From positions 2,700 to 66,699 of the forward strand of contig DITA01000047.1 in the NCBI GenBank assembly GCA_002422665.1: a stretch of DNA of 64,000 nucleotides, written 5' to 3'. Of this stretch, positions 60,864-64,000 are shown in pieces (positions within the stretch are counted from its first letter, which is position 1; the number at the start of each line of letters is the position of its first letter). The DNA is from Flavobacteriales bacterium UBA6196. Its GTDB lineage: Bacteria > Bacteroidota > Bacteroidia > Flavobacteriales > Weeksellaceae. The translations under genes were made by a program, and so were the position numbers. Under the pieces are notes generated by a model. The model made no database searches, was not told the DNA's origin, and saw only the letters and a list, made by a program, of their open reading frames with translations.

Positions 60864-61595
60864 TTATACAAATTTAATGCTGAAGAATCTTTTGAACAGC
60901 ATATAAATAATAGCATTCCAAAAAGGATAAGTGAATAAAAATCCTACGAAAAATAAGATAAATCCGCTATAACTGAAGAGAAATGCGATGATAGCACATG
61001 GTAAAACAATTTTCCAATTTGCCCAAGCTACTTTTGCGCTGATGTTGATGGCTTCTAGCATTCTCATAGGAGTAAAATACAATAACGGACCTACAAAAAC
61101 AGTAAGAAATACCCATAAAATGCCCGGAATGAAAAAGAATGACATCCCGAAACTGAAAATAACATTCCAGAAAATTGCATAACCCCAAAGTTTGAAGAAG
61201 TTGCTTCCTTTGTATCCATCTAAAACTTCTGACAGATTAGGTTTTTTGCCATCATCAATTAAAGTGTAAACTCTGAAAAGACCAATGAATAAAGGAAAAA
61301 GTGATGCTTTTAATAATGACAAAACAATTTGGAAATAACTTCCGTTTTCCGTAGCAAGAAGTTCTCTTATTTTTAAATTAAATTTTATAGGATCTTGTAA
61401 AAGTTCTGGTGTGAAAATATATAATTTTTCTCCAAAATAATACTGCACCAACTGAAATCCTGAAATAAAAATTATCCCAAAATATAAAACGGTCACCACA
61501 AACTGAAACGAAAGCGTAGCTTTCCAATATTTAAAAGACTGATTGATTACTTCGTCTAAAGTAATTTTTGCCTTTGGTAAATTTTCTTGACTCAT
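60864..61595 (-). CDS. Multi-pass membrane protein (DUF975-like), paralog 2
   Basis: Several TM helices; SGFILFFVGFLFTYPF motif. Confidence 0.7.
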   Translation of the reverse strand: MSQENLPKAKITLDEVINQSFKYWKATLSFQFVVTVLYFGIIFISGFQLVQYYFGEKLYIFTPELLQDPIKFNLKIRELLATENGSYFQIVLSLLKASLFPLFIGLFRVYTLIDDGKKPNLSEVLDGYKGSNFFKLWGYAIFWNVIFSFGMSFFFIPGILWVFLTVFVGPLLYFTPMRMLEAINISAKVAWANWKIVLPCAIIAFLFSYSGFILFFVGFLFTYPFWNAIIYMLFKRFFSIKFV

Positions 61596-61711
61596 GCTGC
61601 AAAAGTAATGTTTTTTGATGTAAAGTAGAGCAATCGTAAAATCGTAAAACGAGAAACCGTTTAAATTTTAAAAATTCTGAAATCTCAAGTTCTAATTTGT
61701 AAATTTGCGCG

Positions 61712-62689
61712 ATGTTAAAAATCAACGAACAGAAATTTTCAGAAATGGACGAGCTTTCTCTGCAGAAAGTTCCTTTCTTTTTTGTGATTGATTTTTTAAT
61801 GGAAAATGTGCTTATTTTTAGTCAAGAAGATTTAGAAGCGCAAAAAATATTGGTTGATTTTCCAAATTTTAAAAATGTTCAACCATTTACGTTTGAAACG
61901 AAAGAAGTAACTTGGAAATCTTTTCCTCAATCCAAAGAAGATTACCAAAAAGGCTTCGAAATCGTGCAAAATCATTTGAAATTGGGAGATTCATATTTAA
62001 TCAATTACACTTGCGAAACGCCCATAGAAACTAATCTTTCTTTAGAAGAAATTTTTTATCAATCTGAAGCAAAGTATAAAGTTTTACTCCCAAAGAATTT
62101 TACTTTTTTTTCGCCAGAAACTTTTGTGGAAATTAAAAATCAAGAGATTTTTACGCATCCTATGAAAGGAACTATCGAAGCATCTGTTCCAAATGCTGTA
62201 GATGAACTAAAAAAATCGGTGAAAGAAAAAGCAGAACATTACACCGTTGTAGATTTGCTTAGAAACGACTTGAGTATGGTTGCAGATTGGGTGCAATTAG
62301 ATGAATTCCAGAGGATAGATTTTTTAAAAACCCGAAACAAAAATCTCTATACAATGAGTTCTGAAATTTCGGGAAAAGTAAAACCAGAATTTCAAAATAA
62401 AATAGGAAGTTTGATGAAAACTTTGCTTCCTGCAGGAAGTATTTTGGGCGCTCCAAAACCCAAAACTTTAGAAATTATCTTAGAAGCGGAAACTTATGAA
62501 AGAGGCTTTTATACAGGAGTTTGCGGTTATTTTGATGGGGAGAATTTAGATTCTTGTGTGATGATTCGGTTTATTCAACAAAACGGTGAAAATTTAACAT
62601 TCCGAAGTGGCGGTGGAATTACACATTTGAGTAAATTAGCAGATGAATACCAAGAAATGAAAAATAAAATTTATGTCCCGATTCATTGA
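61712..62689 (+). CDS. pabB: Aminodeoxychorismate synthase component I
   Basis: FSPE, PMKGT, AEH..VDLLRNDL, PAGSILGAPK and SCVMIRF motifs. Confidence 0.9.
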   Translation: MLKINEQKFSEMDELSLQKVPFFFVIDFLMENVLIFSQEDLEAQKILVDFPNFKNVQPFTFETKEVTWKSFPQSKEDYQKGFEIVQNHLKLGDSYLINYTCETPIETNLSLEEIFYQSEAKYKVLLPKNFTFFSPETFVEIKNQEIFTHPMKGTIEASVPNAVDELKKSVKEKAEHYTVVDLLRNDLSMVADWVQLDEFQRIDFLKTRNKNLYTMSSEISGKVKPEFQNKIGSLMKTLLPAGSILGAPKPKTLEIILEAETYERGFYTGVCGYFDGENLDSCVMIRFIQQNGENLTFRSGGGITHLSKLADEYQEMKNKIYVPIH

Positions 62690-63299
62690 AAGCATTAAAA
62701 TAGAAGACCAAAAAGCCTTTTTGCTAGACTTCCATCAAAAACGAGTGAACCAAACTTTTGCACATTTTGGCAAAGAAGGTTCTATAGATTTGGCCAAAAT
62801 TTTTAAAAATTTAGAACATGATGAAGATGGTTTGTACAAACTGCGCATCGTTTATGATTTAGATAAAAAATTCACCACACAACTCATTCCTTATGCGATT
62901 CCAGAAATTGAAAATTTTCAGTTGGTGGAAAATAATTCTTACGATTATTCTTTCAAATTTGAGGATAGAAAGGAGTTTGAACGCATGAAAACCAAAGCTA
63001 AAACAGAAGAAATCATTGTGGTGAAAAACAATCACATTACGGATACTTCTTATACTAATATTCTTTTTTTGAAAGGCAAAGAATGGTTTACGCCGACTAC
63101 TTATCTGTTAAACGGTGTGATGCGCCAACATTTGCTTCACGAAAAGAAAATAAAGGAAACCGAAATTACGCTTCAAAATATTAAGGAATTTTCTCATTTT
63201 CAGTTGATTAACGCCATGAATGATTTTGATGATATGTTTATTTATCCCATCGAAAGAATTGTAAATTTACCAGAAAGTTCTGATTATCTTGATGTTTAA
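62673..63299 (+). CDS. pabC: Class IV aminotransferase-like protein, probable ADC lyase
   Basis: HQKR, ITDTSYTNI, LLNGVMR and LINAM motifs; overlaps pabB. Confidence 0.75.
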   Translation: MSRFIESIKIEDQKAFLLDFHQKRVNQTFAHFGKEGSIDLAKIFKNLEHDEDGLYKLRIVYDLDKKFTTQLIPYAIPEIENFQLVENNSYDYSFKFEDRKEFERMKTKAKTEEIIVVKNNHITDTSYTNILFLKGKEWFTPTTYLLNGVMRQHLLHEKKIKETEITLQNIKEFSHFQLINAMNDFDDMFIYPIERIVNLPESSDYLDV

Positions 63300-63324
63300 T
63301 TTCTGAAAAAATAAGCATAAACTT

Positions 63325-63365
63325 TGTCATTGACTTCGTCGAATCTTCGATTTCTGTAGGAATCT
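63325..63365. repeat. Degenerate REP-like element upstream of ORFan
   Basis: TGTCATT...AGGAATCT ends with internal palindrome TCGAATCTTCGA. Confidence 0.35.
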
Positions 63366-63373
63366 AAACTAAT

Positions 63374-63607
63374 ATGAATAAATTTAAATTTAAAAAATAC
63401 CTTTTTCCTATTTTAACTATCTTAGTTTTACTGATAGATTTATTTTCAATGTTTAATTTTTATAAATCACATGAATATTCTTTGACGCTTAAGAATATTG
63501 ATTTATTGAAAAAGAGTATTTGGGTGAATTTTAATTTTTTAATAACAGTTTTGATTATAAACGTTTTTTATCTTCTTTTAAGATTAATTTTTTATAAAAG
63601 AGATTAA
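63374..63607 (+). CDS. Small two-TM hypothetical protein
   Basis: 77 aa, two hydrophobic helices, extremely AT-rich. Confidence 0.55.
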   Translation: MNKFKFKKYLFPILTILVLLIDLFSMFNFYKSHEYSLTLKNIDLLKKSIWVNFNFLITVLIINVFYLLLRLIFYKRD

Positions 63608-63661
63608 ATGAAATGATTTCAACGTAAATTGAAAACTGCACAAAAATCTGTGATAGAAAAC

Positions 63662-64000
63662 CTACTTCAAAAACTTAAAATATTCATTCAAAACTTCTGC
63701 GTTTTGAATGTCAGCAGTGTTGATTTCTAAAATTTTTGGTTTAGCTTCTGGCTTGAAGAAATTGTCTAAAACTCTTAACAAAGTATCTTCGTCTTCCACT
63801 TTAAAATATCCAAAACCGAAATGTTTGGCTAGATTTTCGCAGTTTTTCTGATGTTTGGTCGCGATAAATTCGTCTATTGCATTAGAAGTTGTAGGTCCGG
63901 GAATAATTCTAAAAATATTTCCTTCACCGTTATTCATAACAATAATTCTAGTGTACGGTGGAATGTAATTGTTCCAAAGTCCATTAATATCATAGAAAAA
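63662..64000 (-). CDS. menD: SEPHCHC synthase MenD, 3' part (runs off window)
   Basis: Open to window end: FFYDINGLWNNY...IIVMNNGEGNIFRII, the ThDP-binding C-terminal domain. Confidence 0.85.
   Translation of the reverse strand, partial: FFYDINGLWNNYIPPYTRIIVMNNGEGNIFRIIPGPTTSNAIDEFIATKHQKNCENLAKHFGFGYFKVEDEDTLLRVLDNFFKPEAKPKILEINTADIQNAEVLNEYFKFLK

Overview
AT-rich Bacteroidota chromosomal segment. The TAnnTTTG promoters, T9SS cargo and gene order point to Weeksellaceae (Cloacibacterium/Chryseobacterium-like). Most of it is core genome: mreBCD-mrdA-rodA, hemACDE, the dcw cluster (mraZ to ftsZ), yihA, secA, rplU-rpmA, tnaA, uvrB, pabB-pabC and the 3' end of menD. No rRNA, tRNA, CRISPR or prophage was seen. 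The interesting signals are mostly non-coding and absent from the ORF track. (1) A TPR-sensor histidine kinase and response regulator pair is followed by a perfect 18-bp palindrome, a consensus promoter and a ~140-nt structured, terminated transcript: a candidate two-component-controlled sRNA or micropeptide. (2) A solo HUH/Y1 transposase is flanked by three copies of a bipartite REP-like unit (REPtron-like), and a related hairpin sits inside the dcw operon. (3) Several AT-rich ORFans and decaying repeat scars lie between housekeeping genes. (4) There is an internally deleted NAD-dependent epimerase pseudogene. (5) MraZ boxes and several probably leaderless genes are visible. All calls come from reading the sequence; no database search was run.
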